Assembly: GCF_009914755.1 (NCBI RefSeq) | Contig: NC_060939.1 | DNA from: the human T2T-CHM13v2.0 reference genome, Homo sapiens | Strand: one strand, 5' to 3' | DNA length: 64,000 nt | Part shown: positions 40,651 to 56,700 of the stretch, one piece after another | Numbering within the stretch: the stretch's first letter is position 1 | Layout: each line of letters starts with the position of its first letter | The notes under the pieces: generated by a model | The model's database searches: none | Told to the model about the DNA's origin: nothing | What the model saw: the letters and a program-made list of their open reading frames with translations, nothing else | Position numbers and translations under genes: made by a program

Positions 40651-41938
40651 GGACCCTACCCCAGACCATCAACAGAGGCTGAAACTGGGGGTGGGGCCCA
40701 GCGTCTGTGTTTTCACAAGCCCTCTAGGAGACACTGATGCATGCTTAAGTTTGAGAAGCATGAGGAGTGTTTATATGGGGGAAACAGAGGCATGGCGACT
40801 CTCACTGGGCTCAAAGCCCCAGATCCATGCCAACAAAATCCACCCTCTTCACCACGCCTTCTGAGGCTCTAGATCACCTCATTGTTCTCCTCTCTTTTTT
40901 TTTTTTACCTGGGCTGCTATAAACTGTGTGCACAGCTGGGTCTTCTCAGCCATCATTTAGGGCTCATCTTCAAGGCCAGCTCCCCAAAGCGGCCTTTCCT
41001 GAAGACCTGTCACTCCCTCTCTCACCAACTTGCCTTGTATTCCTCAAGTACTTTGTAGTGTCTGATGTTGGCTTCTTTGAATAACTTTTCATTGTCCTTA
41101 TTTCCCTATAGGATTTAAGCCCCAAGGGAGCTAGGATCTTGCTGTTCAGGTGGGCAGCCACAAATATCCCAGCACCCAGAACAGCATCTGGCACAGAGTA
41201 GATCCTGAAATGCAGTTTTTGTATGAGCTGGTGAATCACCTGGCTTAGTGGGATGCCTGTGACCCAGTAGGCTGCAGCTTGGGACCACTGACTGCCAGCT
41301 GCTTGCTTTTGTCTTCCAACATGGGTTGACCCAACTGGATGAATAGAGCAAGCTCTGGCAGGGGAAGGCAAGGTCATTAACTGCCTTGGGCCTCAGTGTT
41401 CTCATCTACCCAAAGGGACTGAATATTATACCTGGTCTGCTCACCCTTCAGGGTTTTGAGGGGCAGTGGTTTCCACACTTGCTGGTCATCAGGATCACCA
41501 GGGGAGGTACAAATGCAGGTTCCTGAACCCCACCTCCAGAAGGTTCTGACTCAGCCAGTGTGGGACACGACCCAGGAATCTGCAGATCCTCTGGGGTGTA
41601 CAGGCAGGATGGGAAGCCCTGTTTGAAGGATCTGCTAAGGAAGCAGGTAGGAGGCCCTCTGGCCAAGTAAAGCAGCACTTCTACCCTGGGAACTTTCACT
41701 GTATCTGGGGATCATGACCACAGCCATCTCTGACCATCTAGCGCACCCAGATTGATTTTATCTATTTATTTTTGAAAAATTTGTTTTACTTCTTTCGGTC
41801 ATAAGAAAATATGTAATAAATAATCCTTTAATTGGTTCAAAAAATTCACTTATTTAAAAACTGTGATTCTTTGTGTATTAAAGGTAAAATACACATTTGT
41901 TATCTAGTGTTCATGTTGCAGAACTGTGCAAACTAATA

Positions 41939-42239
41939 CTTTTGTTTTGTTTTTTTGAGACAGAGTATCGCTCTGTTGCCCAGGCTGGAGTGCAGTGGCG
42001 GGATCTCAGCTCACTGCAACCTCCACCCCGCTGGGTTCAAGCAATTCTCCTGCCTCAGCCTCCCGAGTAGCTGGGATTACAGGCATGCGCCACAATGCCT
42101 GGCTAATTTTTGTATTATTAGTAGAGACAGGGTTTCACCATTTTGGCCAGGCTGGTCTCAAACTCCTGACCTCAGGTGATCTGCCCTCCTCAGCCTCCCA
42201 AGGTGCTGGGATTACAGGCGTGAGCCACTGCGCCTGGCC
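41939..42239 (-). mobile_element. Alu (AluS)
   Basis: Reverse Alu consensus. Confidence 0.93.
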
Positions 42240-43038
42240 CGAAGTAAAACTTGAAAGCCTTCTCCTTCCCCTTCTCAATCCAGCCTTCTATAGGAAACTA
42301 CTATAGCAGCAGGGATGCAGACAATCTAGAGGACATCCAGAATTTAAAAACTGGAATCACTCTACATATGTGGTTGTGTAACATGCTTTTTCCATTTAAT
42401 TATTTTGTATGTGGACATATTTCTGTGTTAATATCTATCAATGCCCCCGTTGGACTGTGTGACTAGGGCTCCTGCTCTTGGTTCCACTCCAACCCTTCTC
42501 TAGCTGTGCCCCTTCCTATGGGGTGAGGAGTCCTAGGGGTCAAGGGGACAGGACACCTGGAGCCACTGTCCTCCCACTCTGGGTGGCTGGGATGCTGGAA
42601 TCTCCTGCCCAAATAGCCTAGGCCTGAGTCCAGGGCCTGTGCAGGCCTCTCCTCTAGACCTGCCTTTCTGATAGAGAAGCATACTTCTGATGGTAGTAGC
42701 CAAGGAGTGGCCATTTGCAGGGCTGTAGAGAGAGCTTGGGTGTGCAGGCTGGAGTGTCTACATGTGTAATGTCCCCCAATTATTGAGAGAGAACCAGCGG
42801 TGGGAAGAAAAGATGGCAGGCCGTGGGCCAGAGCCTCTGTTTACTTTCTTGCCTCAGGCCCCTCAGATGTTAGAGGTGGGCCTGGTATAGATAGATAATA
42901 TAGTTCTGCCTCATTCTTTATAGTGGCTTCACAGTGTTATACTTTTTAACCGTTCTCCTGTTCAGGGATACTGAAATAAATAGTTTCATCCCTTTTTCTA
43001 CTGATAGACGTTCAGGTGCTTTGAACAATTTTTCTTGA

Positions 43039-43336
43039 AGCTGGGCATGGTGGCACATGTCTATAATCCCAGCTACTAGGGAAGGTGAGGCAGGAGCATC
43101 AATTGAGACCAGGAGTTCAAGAGCAGCCTGGGCAACATAGCAAGACCCCATCTATAAAAAAATAAAAAATTATCCGGGTATGGTGGCATGTGCCTGTAGT
43201 CCCAGCTACTCAAGAGGCTGAGGCAAGAGGGTCACTTGAGTCCAGGTCAAGGCTGCAGTAAGCTATGATCATGCCACTGCACTGTAGCCTGGGTGACAGA
43301 GAGAGATCCTGTCTCCAAAATAAATAAATAAATAAA
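43039..43336 (+). mobile_element. Alu (AluJ-like) with (TAAA)n tail
   Basis: Diverged Alu dimer with J-type gcaacatagcaagacccc. Confidence 0.9.
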
Positions 43337-46023
43337 TTTCTATTGCATATCTTTTATCAATACTAATAAATAAAAGGCCTCCACACATAAGTAGCTATGG
43401 GTAGTCATGAAGTCGGTAGATACAAAGCCTACAGGCTACCCTGATGGCTGGACATAGAGGCGGCCCCTTTCAGCTTGGGCACACACCTGTTGACAAGTAT
43501 CATCACAAACGTCAACTTCATAATCAACATTTGGGTCTCTGGTTTGCACTTGACAACTTTTAGGTCCACCTCAGCTGACATCCAAACAGTGCTTCCTTCC
43601 TAAGTTGCAGAAGTTCTTAGAAGAGAAGAGGGAAGAGTGAGGGAAGGTGACTGCAAAGGAAGTTCTCAACCCATCTGGAGGGAAAATGAGAACCTCAGCC
43701 ACTGACTATGCGGAATAAAAGTAGCCAACTTGTGCCATTTACAGTGTCTGACATTCGAGTGTCAATCTTCAGCACCCCTCCCCATCTCACACCCCAGTGC
43801 CAGTCACACGCGGCTGCTCGTCTATCCGTTTCTCAACATTGCCTGCACTCTCTCCTTCCCACCTCTGCATGAGCAGTCTCCTCATCCCAAACTCTCAGTC
43901 TATCCCCATTCCATCCACCCTTCAGTGCCTCTTCCTCCAGGAAGCCTTCCTTGATCTCTTAGCTGAAAGCTCCTTCAATTCCTATGAAGCTTTGTCTATA
44001 CCTTTATTGTTTGTGTCTTTTATCTCCTCTAGATAATTTGCCTGTAGATAGCAGAGAGAGAGAGACCCTGATCCATCTTCAAATCTCCCCCCAGCGCTGG
44101 TCAAATACCTTGCACACAGTCAAGGCTCAATCACTGTTTGTTGAGTGAACACATGAATAGACAGATAGAGGAAGCTGCTCATTTTGCAAAGACAAGCTGC
44201 ATCTTCACTTTGCTTCTTGGGGTGTAACTGGCAGCACAGCTGGGCCGAACTCTTCTGGGTCCCGTCTGCAGGTGGACAACCAGCCTTGGTGAGCCCTTGG
44301 CCCAGCTCTCTCAGGAAGGTGGCTGTGGTCTGTTCTCCCCGCAGAGAGGCTGGACATGCAATGTAACCCCTCTCCCATCTCTTTGCAAGATGCCTGACAA
44401 ACCCTTGCTTATTTTTCCAAGTCATGCTCAGAGGTTTTTTTCTTTCCACTTTATAGCAGCTTTCTCCTCCAAAAATGAAACATAAACACAGCAATAGTTT
44501 GGACAGATGTTTCTCAGCAGAATGTACAGCTTTAATTTCTGGTATGTGTAGGTCTGACAGCTTCTCAGCCATTGCATGGTAGGAAGGAAAGGGGCCTAAG
44601 CATTTCCTGCTCTCTGATCTGGGCTGGTGTGCTTGCTTTGGCTCATAAATAGGATGGTGACTCTTTAAATGTGGCCAGTGAGGTGTACACACCCAACTGT
44701 CTCCAGCAAACCATGGCCAGGCAGGTGGTCCAGCAAGGAAGATATTCCCATTAGACTGGGGAAGAAAGCAAGGCCCAGAGAATGTCAGGATTGGCCCCAA
44801 ATCACGTGGTCAGGTAGAGGCTGAGGCACAACTGGTACCCTCATTCTTCCAGCTGTGTCTACCAGCCACAGGGATTTGGGTAACGCAGAAAAAGGAGATG
44901 GCCTGGAGGTGAAAGGACAGATACTCTTTTCTTGTTCGTGGGCCTGTTGACATGTTCATGGCTATCTCTAACCTATCCCCAGATGGGCTAAGTGACCCAC
45001 GGTGAGTCACCTGCCATCTCTGAGCCTCAGTTTCCCCATCTGTAAAATGAGGGACTTGGACACATTCTGTTCAAAGAAATAATTAATGAGCACTTGCTAT
45101 GTGCTGGGCTCTGTGAACATAAAGATGAATGAAGCACAGCCTAACCCCTAGCCCAGTGAGGGCAGGGAGACTTATACCCGATGAATTTAGTGTGGAGAAC
45201 ATGCCGCAAGAGGGGTCTCCAGGTGTGGCAGGGCACAGAGGAAGGGTTCTTGCTCTGCTGTCTGGGGAGCCTTCCTGGAGGGGGCAACTCCTGGACAGAG
45301 GCTTGCATAATGAATAGGTGTCACTCAGGTGAAAAAGGGCTGGGGCTCACAGGGAGGGTCCCGCATGGTGCCGGCGCTCATGTGCATTATTTCTATGCTG
45401 CCTTCCATGATGAAGGCTGGGCCTGAGGTGGGATCTGGAGGGACAGACAATTCCCTGCCTTCATGGAGCTTGTGGCAGAGTCATCCTCAACAGGTTCATC
45501 CCTGTTCCTCCCTTCTGACTTTCCAAGTCCTCTCCCTTCTTGCCTCACTTGTCCAGAGAACTCTACTTAAAGTGGTCCTAAGTACAGACAGACGGTTGGA
45601 TGCCTACATGACTGACAAGCACAGCATTGTCACCCAGTCAGGTTGCCCCTACCTGCTTTCTGGGGTTCTTAACTTCTTGCCATTGGTCATCCCTCTTTGG
45701 ATTCAGGCACTGAGGGCCACTCTCAGTGTAAGCCTGGAACGGAGTTAACCTATGGATCCATGGGAACTCACAGACCTCTTAGAAAAAATTAAGTCAGTGA
45801 TTCCAGCACCTGGCTGGGCATTAGACTCACCTGGGGATTTTGAAAATAGGGATTACCAGGCACCACCTCTAGAGGGTCTGTCTTTGTAATTCTTGGACTT
45901 GACTGAGATATCTGTATTCTTTTTGACCTTTCACAGGTGATTCTGTTTTGTGGCCAGCTTTGGGAACCCCTGGATTATTTTATCAGGTGATCACCAGGCT
46001 TTAAGATGATGGAAAACAGATAA

Positions 46024-46792
<769 letters not shown>

Positions 46793-47661
46793 TAGTCATT
46801 CTTATAGACTTATTCTTATTTCAAGAAGCCATAAAGAAACAAAAAGGCTGTGGGCTAGCTTCATTGGAGGGTGAAGTGTGTCATTACATTTTTGGAAATG
46901 TCCTCCTCCTGGGTTATAAAATCATTGGCTCGGCAGTTGGAAAGTGGCAGAAGAGAAATTGCAGAGAGGATCTGCTGTCACAGGGTGAGCCATCCCGGAG
47001 CTGGGCCGGGCCACCAGCCACCACTCACCTGGTCTCCTGCCTGAGTTCACTTTAGCGGGGCCCTTCCAAACTTTGCAAGGAAAATTAAAAAAAATAAGAA
47101 ATCTCAACTTCTCCCATCCAGGGGCCATGGTCTCCAGACCCTTTAACACAAGGACATCCAGCTTTGGGCTTCCCCAAGATTTACCTTGGGTCACATCCAG
47201 ACGTCTGGAACCATTCTCTCCCTCCCTTTCTTCTTCACCATCTGTGGGCCTATGCCAACCCCTGAAGAGGCCAAGATGAATAAAGGCAAGCCCTACCCTT
47301 GGGGGTTCACAGCCTCCCTTCCCTCTCTTCTCTCTTGTTGGCATTTTATTTTCCATCTCATCTTTCTTCTTTCCTTTTCCCATTCCAGTTTCCATTTTTC
47401 TTGATTGGCTTTTTCTACAACTCTCTTTCCATGTCTGTCTACATTATTGTCTCAAGGTGACTCATCACAGATAAACCAGGAAGAAAAGATTCAAGAGGGA
47501 AAGCAGGAATTCAACAGAAGATGACAGAAACCTTGTCAAGATGGCCTCAGGTTGATAACAAGCATCTTGCTATTGGTTATGTGTCTGAGTTTTGTGGCTG
47601 CTTGGAAGAGAAGGCACTGAAAAAGAAAAGCTATTTGAAAGAGTTTGAAATCCCAAGGAGC

Positions 47662-48064
<403 letters not shown>

Positions 48065-51000
48065 TTAATTATAGTTAAAATTAGTGAGAAAAGGCATTTA
48101 TGGCACCTTCATTTGTTTTTCTAATTGTATATAACCTTAAAACATGCACATTGCACCTTGTGGTTTTCAATAAGAAATTCTGTTTTTCACATTTTATAGC
48201 CTAACTGAATGGAAGCACATGCTACCCTGAGTGATATCTACAGGAAGCCTCAATGGTTGACTAGAGGAGCCATTGGAGGGCTATCTTGCACCCCCTAGTG
48301 TCAGTTATGATCATTGCACATAAAGTGCCAAGGAGCAATTAAAAACAGTACCAGCCTTGAAAATTCAAACCTATGAAGTTATAGAAAGCCACTCTCAAGA
48401 TACAGGGAATTTCAACATTTGTTTATTCTCCACCTCATGTGGAGAGCTCCCATTTCCTCTCCTTCACTGGACTTAGGAAGGATGTTGGCATCGCAGAACA
48501 AATGGTGTTGGCTGCAGAAATGGAAAGGAGGTTGTGGGGAGCCCACAGGCTGCTGTAGGGGGAGGCTGGTGGGGGAGTGGGAAGAGACGGGTGGCAAAGA
48601 TGCTGAGTTGGCAAACCCCTCTGGCTTTCCTGAACTGCCCACGTTAAATTTATTTTCTTTCTTGGAAGTTAGTAACAAGGAGACTTTCTTTTCAATATTT
48701 TCACTACCGAGATTGTGCGTCTTACCTCTAAAAGCATGCAATGGCTGAACTCCTGCCTTTCCGAGTTCAGCACTAAGGACGTTCTATGGCCCTGAGGACT
48801 GGCCTTAGAGGCCTTAGAGGGTGGAGCTGAGATTAGCTCCATCTCTGGTTGACCAGTCTGTGTGTGTGTCAGAAGTTTCCTGGACCCTCACTGACATCTC
48901 TTCAATTTCTGGGACTTTCTTGTGTGGTTTGGCATTAAAAAAAAAAAAAAAAGGAGACAGAATGAAAAAGCAAGGAGAGAAGAGGAAAAAAAATCACCCA
49001 AGAGATGCAAGGAACCTTAGGAGCTGTCTGCAGGCCACATCCTAAATCCACAGTGCCCCAGGCTTCGCTCTTGGTTCTGGGGCTGCTGTGCTCTCCTTGG
49101 TCATTCTCACTGCTGCTTTGTGCATTTGAGGGCCTGAAGATGCCCCAGCTCCTGCCAGTGAGGACGAATGTCTGGATTTCCACTCTCCCAGCCCTCTGCA
49201 GCTCATTTTCTTCTTGTCTGTGTGTGCCTGCCAAGGTCTGCTGGGTGGCTTGGCCTGGGGCCCTGGGCCAACGTTTCCCCACGAATACAGTTTTTCCTCT
49301 CTCCCTCTCTATCTCTCCCTCTATCTCTCGTGCACTGGGTGGTTCATCCTATCCTGGGCTTCGCTTCTGTAGTGACTTATCCTTTAACCAGAATGAGTCA
49401 TGATGCCGGATTTTATTTGTTCCAAGAGAAAATAGCGGAGAGCGTTTATGTGCTGTGGTGTTGGGAGCCTGTTCTGGGGGCCCAGGCCAGGAAAAGAGCA
49501 AAGGATGTTGCTCAGAAAGGCTTCCACAGCAACAACCAAGGCTGCCCCAGGCCTGGCAGCCTGCACTGTCACTGATGAAAAAGGGCAGACTTGTGTAAGA
49601 TGCATCTTTCTGCTCAAACAACAAGCCCCAGAGGCCCTTTCCTCAAAACCTGTCCCTGGACACCATACCCTTTCTCCAGGGCATAGGCCAGTGTAGGGAA
49701 CTCACTCATTCAGCCTCTGCCCCATGGTAGACACTTAAACACCATCTCCTATTTCTTCCTCATAAGAACCCTTTGGGATTCACATCACCATACCCATTTT
49801 ACAGATGAAGAAACTGTGATCCAGAAAGTGGATGTGATGTGCTTGAGTTTTCATTGCTTGGAAAGTAGCCAAGCTGGGAAGGGAGCTCAGTTCTGTGATT
49901 TCGAAGCCTATATTCTCCCTGTAGTGAGGAGCTACTCGGACATGCCTTTGCTGCCTCTGCTGAGGCAGAAGGCCTGTGTGTGCCCCGAGACAGCACTCTA
50001 TGCCTGTGGGAAAGGACTGCAATGGGAGCTGGGAAACCTCTGGGTTGGGAGAGGAGGAAGTGGCAGTGCCAGAGGGCAACACTCTTGGGCCTAGGCTCCA
50101 CGGCTGGTTTTGTGGATTTACTCTTCAGGGATTGCCTTTGCAGTCAACCCAAATTCCACCATAGTTGGCCTCTGGTTTTAGACATGGAAGACCCTAGTGA
50201 AAATGCAAATTTGTTATCTGGGAAGGTCAGTACCTAAACCCACTGTAAAAGGATGGATGCCTTAGCCCAACTAGAATTTAGTTTGGGTAAATATCATCTA
50301 CAAAGTCTTGAGACATGAGATCTGCGATGGTGGGTGAACTGACCCTTGGGTAGTTTTCGCCTAAGTGCTTGTTATTCCCGGTGGAAATGCTGCAGAAATG
50401 GAAGCAACTCTGGGCTGGGGGCTGGGAGACTAGGTTTCAGTCCCGGCCCTCAAACTGACTTGCTGTGTGACCTTGGTCTGGTCTCTTTCTACCTCTGGGC
50501 CTCAGTGCCCCCATCTGTAAAATCATGAGGCTGGGGCAAATGATTTCTCAGACCCCTCCCAGGCCTGGGGAGGAGCTGCAGCTGACGGAGCAGCCCTAAA
50601 GGCCAACCCCACCCACAGGCCTGAGTGGTCCACCTGCGCCTCCTGGGCCTGTCTCCAGCCATTCTGTCCCTCCCCAGCCCACCATCATCTCTGAGAATTG
50701 GGGTCTTCTGAAGATCATGGGAATGGTGGCCCTGTCTTCAGGTTATGGGGCTCTCCCCTCTGCCTGGAGTCTCCACAAGTAGAAGACACTGTATCTATAG
50801 AGAGGTCCCCAAGGAGAGATGGGTATTAACCTGATCAACCTATGCCAGGTAGGTCCATTCCAGCCCTGGTCCACTTCAGGGGCCATGGCTGCCCATCTGC
50901 TGTGTCATGCCAAGCTTTGGGGGTGGTAGTGGTAGTGGTGATGGTGGGTGTTGGCAGGATCTGCACTTGGCCATGGTGGATGATTTGCTTCTAAGCCAGG

Positions 51001-52040
51001 CAAGCTGCTGGGTCTCCCTCCCTACTGCCTCGCAGTCCATCCTCAGGACACCCAATTCCACAGCCCTTTCCATGTCTGGCCACACAGTGCAGAGTTAAGT
51101 TGCTGCAAAATAATCCCAGAGGATCCTTCAAAGAGGCGGGAAGGCTGCCCAGGACCCTTTGTGACTCTGGGGAGTCAGGCCACCATGTCTGTCCCTCCAT
51201 GGCTGAGGGCGATGAGAGTGAGGCTTAAAATGCTCCCTTTTTCCCAAGAGAAGCTTCTATTTCCCATTAGGACACCCCAGGATTCAGGAAACCGAGGCTC
51301 CGGTCAGTTCTGCAGGGGGCAGCCCATCTCCCAACTTCCTTTCTCTCCTGCTCCACCAGGATCCCCTTTCTCCTTTTTCTCCTGGTCCAGGGACCCTCCC
51401 TCTGGCTGCTCTTGTACCCTTCTCTGTGCACACTCTCCTTGCCCAGCCTTGGGAGTCTGCAGGCCCACTGCTGCAGGTGGGTGCTGGGAGCCTGGATGGG
51501 GCTCTTTATCCTTCTCTCCTCTCGTGGGTACAAGACAGGCTGATGAGACTAAAGACACTGGCAGCTGCTGAGAGAAGCAGGGAGAGGTGGGACAGGGCAG
51601 CCTCCCTTCGCCTTGGCCGCCCCCTCACCCCCTATCTCACCCATGTCTATCAGAGACTCAGGCGAGGGAGTAAAGAGGGGAAGGAAGAACGAGAAGGGAT
51701 GGGGGAGGAGGGGATGAGGGGGAAAGGGAGGAGAATGAGGAGAAAAGATGAGAAAGTAAGGTGAGAAATCTGGCAAAGTGAAGGAACAGGGATGGAAAAG
51801 TAGAAGAAGGTAGGGGAAAGGATAAGAGGGAGAGAGGGAAGGGGCCTCTGGGTGCATTACAAGAATGAAGTGTGAGCAGATCGCCTCAAAAATAGCACCT
51901 TCTGTCCTCCCCACTTCACCTCCAGCCCCATCTCCGCTGTCTCTGGGCTCTCCCTGGCCCCACAGATGGAGGCATCTACACGGTGATTCTGCCTCTGCCT
52001 GCTGTAACCAGCTTAAGACACTGGGAATGGCAACCGCTAA

Positions 52041-52222
52041 GTGTGTGGTTCTCAGAGTGTGCTTCCCAGACCAGCAGCACCAGCACCACCTGGGAAGTTC
52101 TAGAAAAGCACATTCCCAGGCCTCACTCAGACCTACTGAATCAGAAACTCTGGAGGTGGGTTCCAGCAATCCGATTTAGCAAGCGTTCCAGGGATGCACG
52201 CTAAGGTTTGAGAGTCATTGCT
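52041..52222. mobile_element. MER5A DNA transposon; related MER5 relics at ~41464-41640, ~45797-45972, ~25117-25290 and around 16437-17235
   Basis: gtggttctcagagtgtg...cagacctactgaatcagaaactctggaggtggg...aggtttgagagtcattg. Confidence 0.8.
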
Positions 52223-53689
52223 GGACAGTAGTTCATTCCAGACTCTTTACACATGACACACATGACAGTAAAGCCTTGCAGAGACTGGAGATTTTCTGTG
52301 TGTGTTAATGTATATTATAAACATTCCCTTACATTCGCTGGGCTCCAATCCTGGTAGAGGCTGCCCAGTGCTGTGAGCTGCCCAGCCCGGCCCCTTCAGC
52401 TGCTTCTAGGAGAGGCACTCCTGGCTGCTGCTTTCCCTCCTAGAGCTGGAAGTCCTTACGATGCTGCACCCACCTTCGTCTTCCTCACAATCCTCTCCTC
52501 TTCTGCCCCCGGACACAGCACCTCCTCTGACCCTTCTCTCTCCGCCTTCTCTTTCTCCTTCCTCCTCATACCTATGGACGTTCTGCAGTCTATCGTTCAT
52601 CCCAAGCCCCGCTTCCTTCTCCCTGCTGAATGGAGCTCTCCTGATGCACATGTGGGTCTCAGCCCTAATTTCCCTGCCAAACTGAAGGCCCCCTCCCCTG
52701 CACCTGGATGGCCCTTGGATCCTCCAAACCAATGAGTCCAAAGCTCAGCTCACCTGAACTTCCAAAGCCTGCACCCTGTTGCTGGATTTTGCTTTTGTGT
52801 AAAGGATACCACAATCTTCCTAGTCAGCAAGATATGTCCTCAATCATCCTGCAGCCTCTTGCATCTCTGAACTTGCCTCCTTCTGCTCTTGCCCTAGCTC
52901 ACTCTACTCCAGCCACACTTGCTGTTCCTTGAACATCTCAAGCATGCTCCTACTTCACTTGCCATTTGCACTTGTCATTCCTTCTGCCTGGAATTCCTTC
53001 TCAGATAACCATGATTCTCTCAGATTCTTCCTTTCCCTCATGTCTCTAATGACTATCATCCTGTCATGGCGGCATCCTAGACAGCCTGTATAAAGTTGAG
53101 CCCTCAATTCAACCACTGTTCCCAAGCCCACTTACCCTGCTTAATGTTTTTCCATGGCACAGATAACTATCTGACAGATGATGGACAAACTAATCATACT
53201 TTTTGCCCCTCCAGAAGAAAAACTCCATCAGAGCAGAGACCTTGCAATTCTATTCACCATTGAGTTTCCAGAACCCATTACAGGTACTCAAGAAGTATTA
53301 ATGGAATGAATGAATGAATTACTGCTGCTCATAAAGCATGCCCCTTTCTCAAGCCCCCACCCCTTAGCTTGAGCATCCTCTTTGCTCACCTAGACTTCTA
53401 CAGCCTTCCCACTTGACTCCTCACCTCCAGGGTCTCCTCCCTCGATTCCATCCTCCACATGGTAGCCAAATTGATCACCAAAATTATAACTCTGGTGAGC
53501 CACTCTCCTGCTCTAAAACCTCCAGTGGCTCCCTATTGCCTCCCAAGTACAGTCTCTTCACTCTGCTATTTAGGAACTCCATGGTAGGATCATCACTCTC
53601 CCAGCTTTTGGCCTTACTTCTCTGCTTTTTGTACCTTCTCCTCCAGCCACATGGGATGGCGTCCTTTCTCTAAACACAGTTTCTTCTTT

Positions 53690-53770
53690 TCCATCTCTGT
53701 ACTCTTTCCCATGCTGTCCCCTCCATCTCTGTACTCTTTCCCATGCTGTCCCCTCCATCTGCTGTACTCC
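53690..53770. repeat. Tandem repeat, 32-bp unit, 2 perfect copies plus a partial third
   Basis: tccatctctgtactctttcccatgctgtcccc at 53690 and 53722; partial copy at 53754. Confidence 0.92.
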
Positions 53771-56700
53771 TCTCACCCATGTGTACTCTGAACATTGGAA
53801 TCCTATCCACCTGGAAGCCTCCTCCTTCACAATCCGCTCTCAATTCCCTCCACCCCCACAGCCTCATGCTGTTGGAAATTAACTCTCTCTCCCATGAACA
53901 CCTGAGATCCTTTTTGTGTGTCCCTCCTTTGGGATTCATCTGAGATCGGGGTTCTGTGAACATACGCCTTCTGTTCCAGGTTGGGCAGCACTTGATCTCC
54001 CACCAACCCACTTATGCAAATACACTTAGTGCTGGGCCCTGTGGACACCACAGCCTCGCTCTCATGGGGCCAGCAGCGTGTCTGGGGAGGAGCATGGCAG
54101 CCCTGGGGCAGAGGCTGCTTCTGTTCTGTGTCCCCTTGGGGCTCACCAGGCTCCTGCCCTGAGGCAGAGGGACTAGAGAGATCTGGGCTCCAGTCTTGCC
54201 TCTACCTCTGACACTTATTAATTATGTCATCATTTGGAGTCTCAGTTGCTTTGCCTGTAAAATGGGGACAAATCTACTTCCCCTACAAGTTGCTCCTGTC
54301 TGTACACCTGTACCCAGGGAATTCACCATGGTCTCTTGATCTTAAAGCTCACCATGTCCCTAGAGAGTCCCCTTTTGGAGCTCACTGGGGACTGGCAGTC
54401 TTCTGCTCCCTGGCGCCCTCATGGAGAGGAGGAGAAACGTTCTGCCTTGCTGAGAGCTGAGGCTTCTCTTCTCTCCTCTCCAGGGGTGAGAGCTTCAGTG
54501 AAAAATGGGATACTTGTGAGGCCCAGCTCTGTTTTTTCTCAGCATCAGGAGGCTTCCTGCTTCAGGGGACCAAAGGCTCAGAGAGGCCCTCTGCAAGCCC
54601 TGCATTGGAGCTGCTGGGACATCAAATGGTCTTAAAACCCACTGAATTAATAATTTCAATGTAAATGCGATAGTCATGTGGATTAAATTTCTCTGAAAAT
54701 ACACAAGGGCTTAAAAAGCAGGGGCAGAGAACACTCAGCCCAAGAGGAATTTGTTTTCTCTTTCCTTTTTGTGTGTCTGCGAGTGTTGTTATTGTTGCTA
54801 GAACCAGGGGATGTGGAAAACTGTTCAGGATGTCTGAAGCGTTGGTGTATGGTCAGCTTTGCTGAGTTTGAGCTCTGAGTTGTGAGTGAGGTGGGAAGAA
54901 GGAGAAATGTTAAGAAAATAAAGTGACTGCCCCACCAGGTCTGTCCTCTTATCCTCCAACTGTTTACTGCGGGCCCTTGACGTTCAAGGAGGCTTACGGC
55001 TGGTAAACGGGGCATATCTCACTGGTGCCTGAGGTGGGAGTCAGCGGTGGATTCTTCCCTGGGGGCAATGCTGGGACCTGGATTTGGGGGCCGGGGCTGG
55101 GGAGTGATGTTCTTTCTCACTGGAATCTGTCTTACATGCTCAGTGGAAACAGCGGATCCTTGGGGGGTTACAGTCTCCCTGCTAGAGTCCCCTGGGAAAC
55201 TCTTTCAAACATGCAGCTTCCTGGCCTCCCCCACAGCCCCAGGAGATGCAGACCAAGGCACGCAAGCTCTGCCTGAGGTGTCGGAAGCCAGGTCCATACC
55301 ACAGAGGCAGGAAGAGCCTGGGTCAGAGGGAGCCTCTCAATCAAGTCAGCAGTGGCCTGCAGTGACTCAATCCTCGTTTCCTGTTTTACTGATTACAAAA
55401 TATAATCGTGTTTTGGGTATTCTTTGATCCTGCCTAGCTCCCTGGGACAGGTATGCTCATTCCTATTTTACACATGGGCAAATAGAGGTTCGGGAAGGTT
55501 GGCAGAGGTTCTCCCAAGGTTCTTCTTCCACGTGGCAGAGGCTTCGCACTTCAAACCTTTGCTCCTGTCCTTCCTTTGAGGTTCACCCTGGCACAGAGCT
55601 GAATCAATACATCCCACTGGGGTCATGCTTAATAGTCAGCCAATGTCTCCTAAATGACACTGGCATCAACCTCTCCTTTCTAGGATCAACACCCATAGGG
55701 TCCTAGGTCTGAATCAAATTCTTGGAATGCTGCCCATACGACAGAGAAGATGGGGCCAGAAGAGGAAGCAGGGAGGGGAAAGCCAAGTAGGATTTGTGGT
55801 GGGATCCACACAAGTGGGAACAGAGATTCTAGAAAGGCCCAGTGTGCTCCTGTCCATTCTGGAGGGGGCTCAGCTCTCGGGGTCCCCAAGGCCACCCTCT
55901 CTGTTTCTCTCAGCTCGGCTGTGGCAGTAACATGCTCAGGTCCAGTGGCTGCAATGGGTGGGACCCTGCCCACCTGGGGCACCATTTCTCTCCCACAATG
56001 CTCCAGGCTGCACTCAGATAAGCAAAAGCTACCAGGAGTTGGTTCTGTCATATCTTTCTGCTCTTCTATGCCCAACCTCCAAGATCATGTTCAACTGCCC
56101 TCTTCCATGGAGCATTTCCAGAGACCCCAGGCACAGTGATTTCTCCTTTCAGAGTCTGGCTGGGTTTCTGCTGTGAAGATGATGCTGTGTTGGCTGCTCT
56201 TGGGCTGCAGGGAGATGAAGCTGGTGTCCAACAGGGGAGATGGGCCATGGGCCTCAGTGACTCCAACAAAAAGTGGGAAGTGATATGTGTTATCACAGAA
56301 AAGGCTTGGGGAGGGTAAGGTCATTTTAGGCTAGGAAAAGGATTCAGAAAGCCTTCATGGAGAAAGTAGCCTCAAAGATGCATGTAATTAATACCAGGTC
56401 ATATTTGACTTGCATTGGTTTTAAATTATTTCAAGGGTATTAATGTTGCCTCCCTAACTGGTCTGTGACTTATTTGAGAGTGAAACCACGTTTTACTCAT
56501 ACCAATATTTTGCCGAGTCTAGTAAAATTCATTAACAGATGCCTAATAAACAAATATTGGTCAAAATAAATTCTGTCTTGGAAAAGTCAGTTCAACTTAA
56601 TTTTTAACCTTTCATACCATGTAAACAATATGGATGTCATGCATCTTATGTCTGGGCTGGTTGAAAGAGGCTCAAATCCTTAATTCAGTCTGTCAAAGTA

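Noticed and set aside
43430-43600. Short minus-strand ORF (MSAEVDLKVVKCKPETQ...) as a processed pseudogene fragment
   Set aside because: About 50 aa with no recognisable parent gene, poly-A or TSD.
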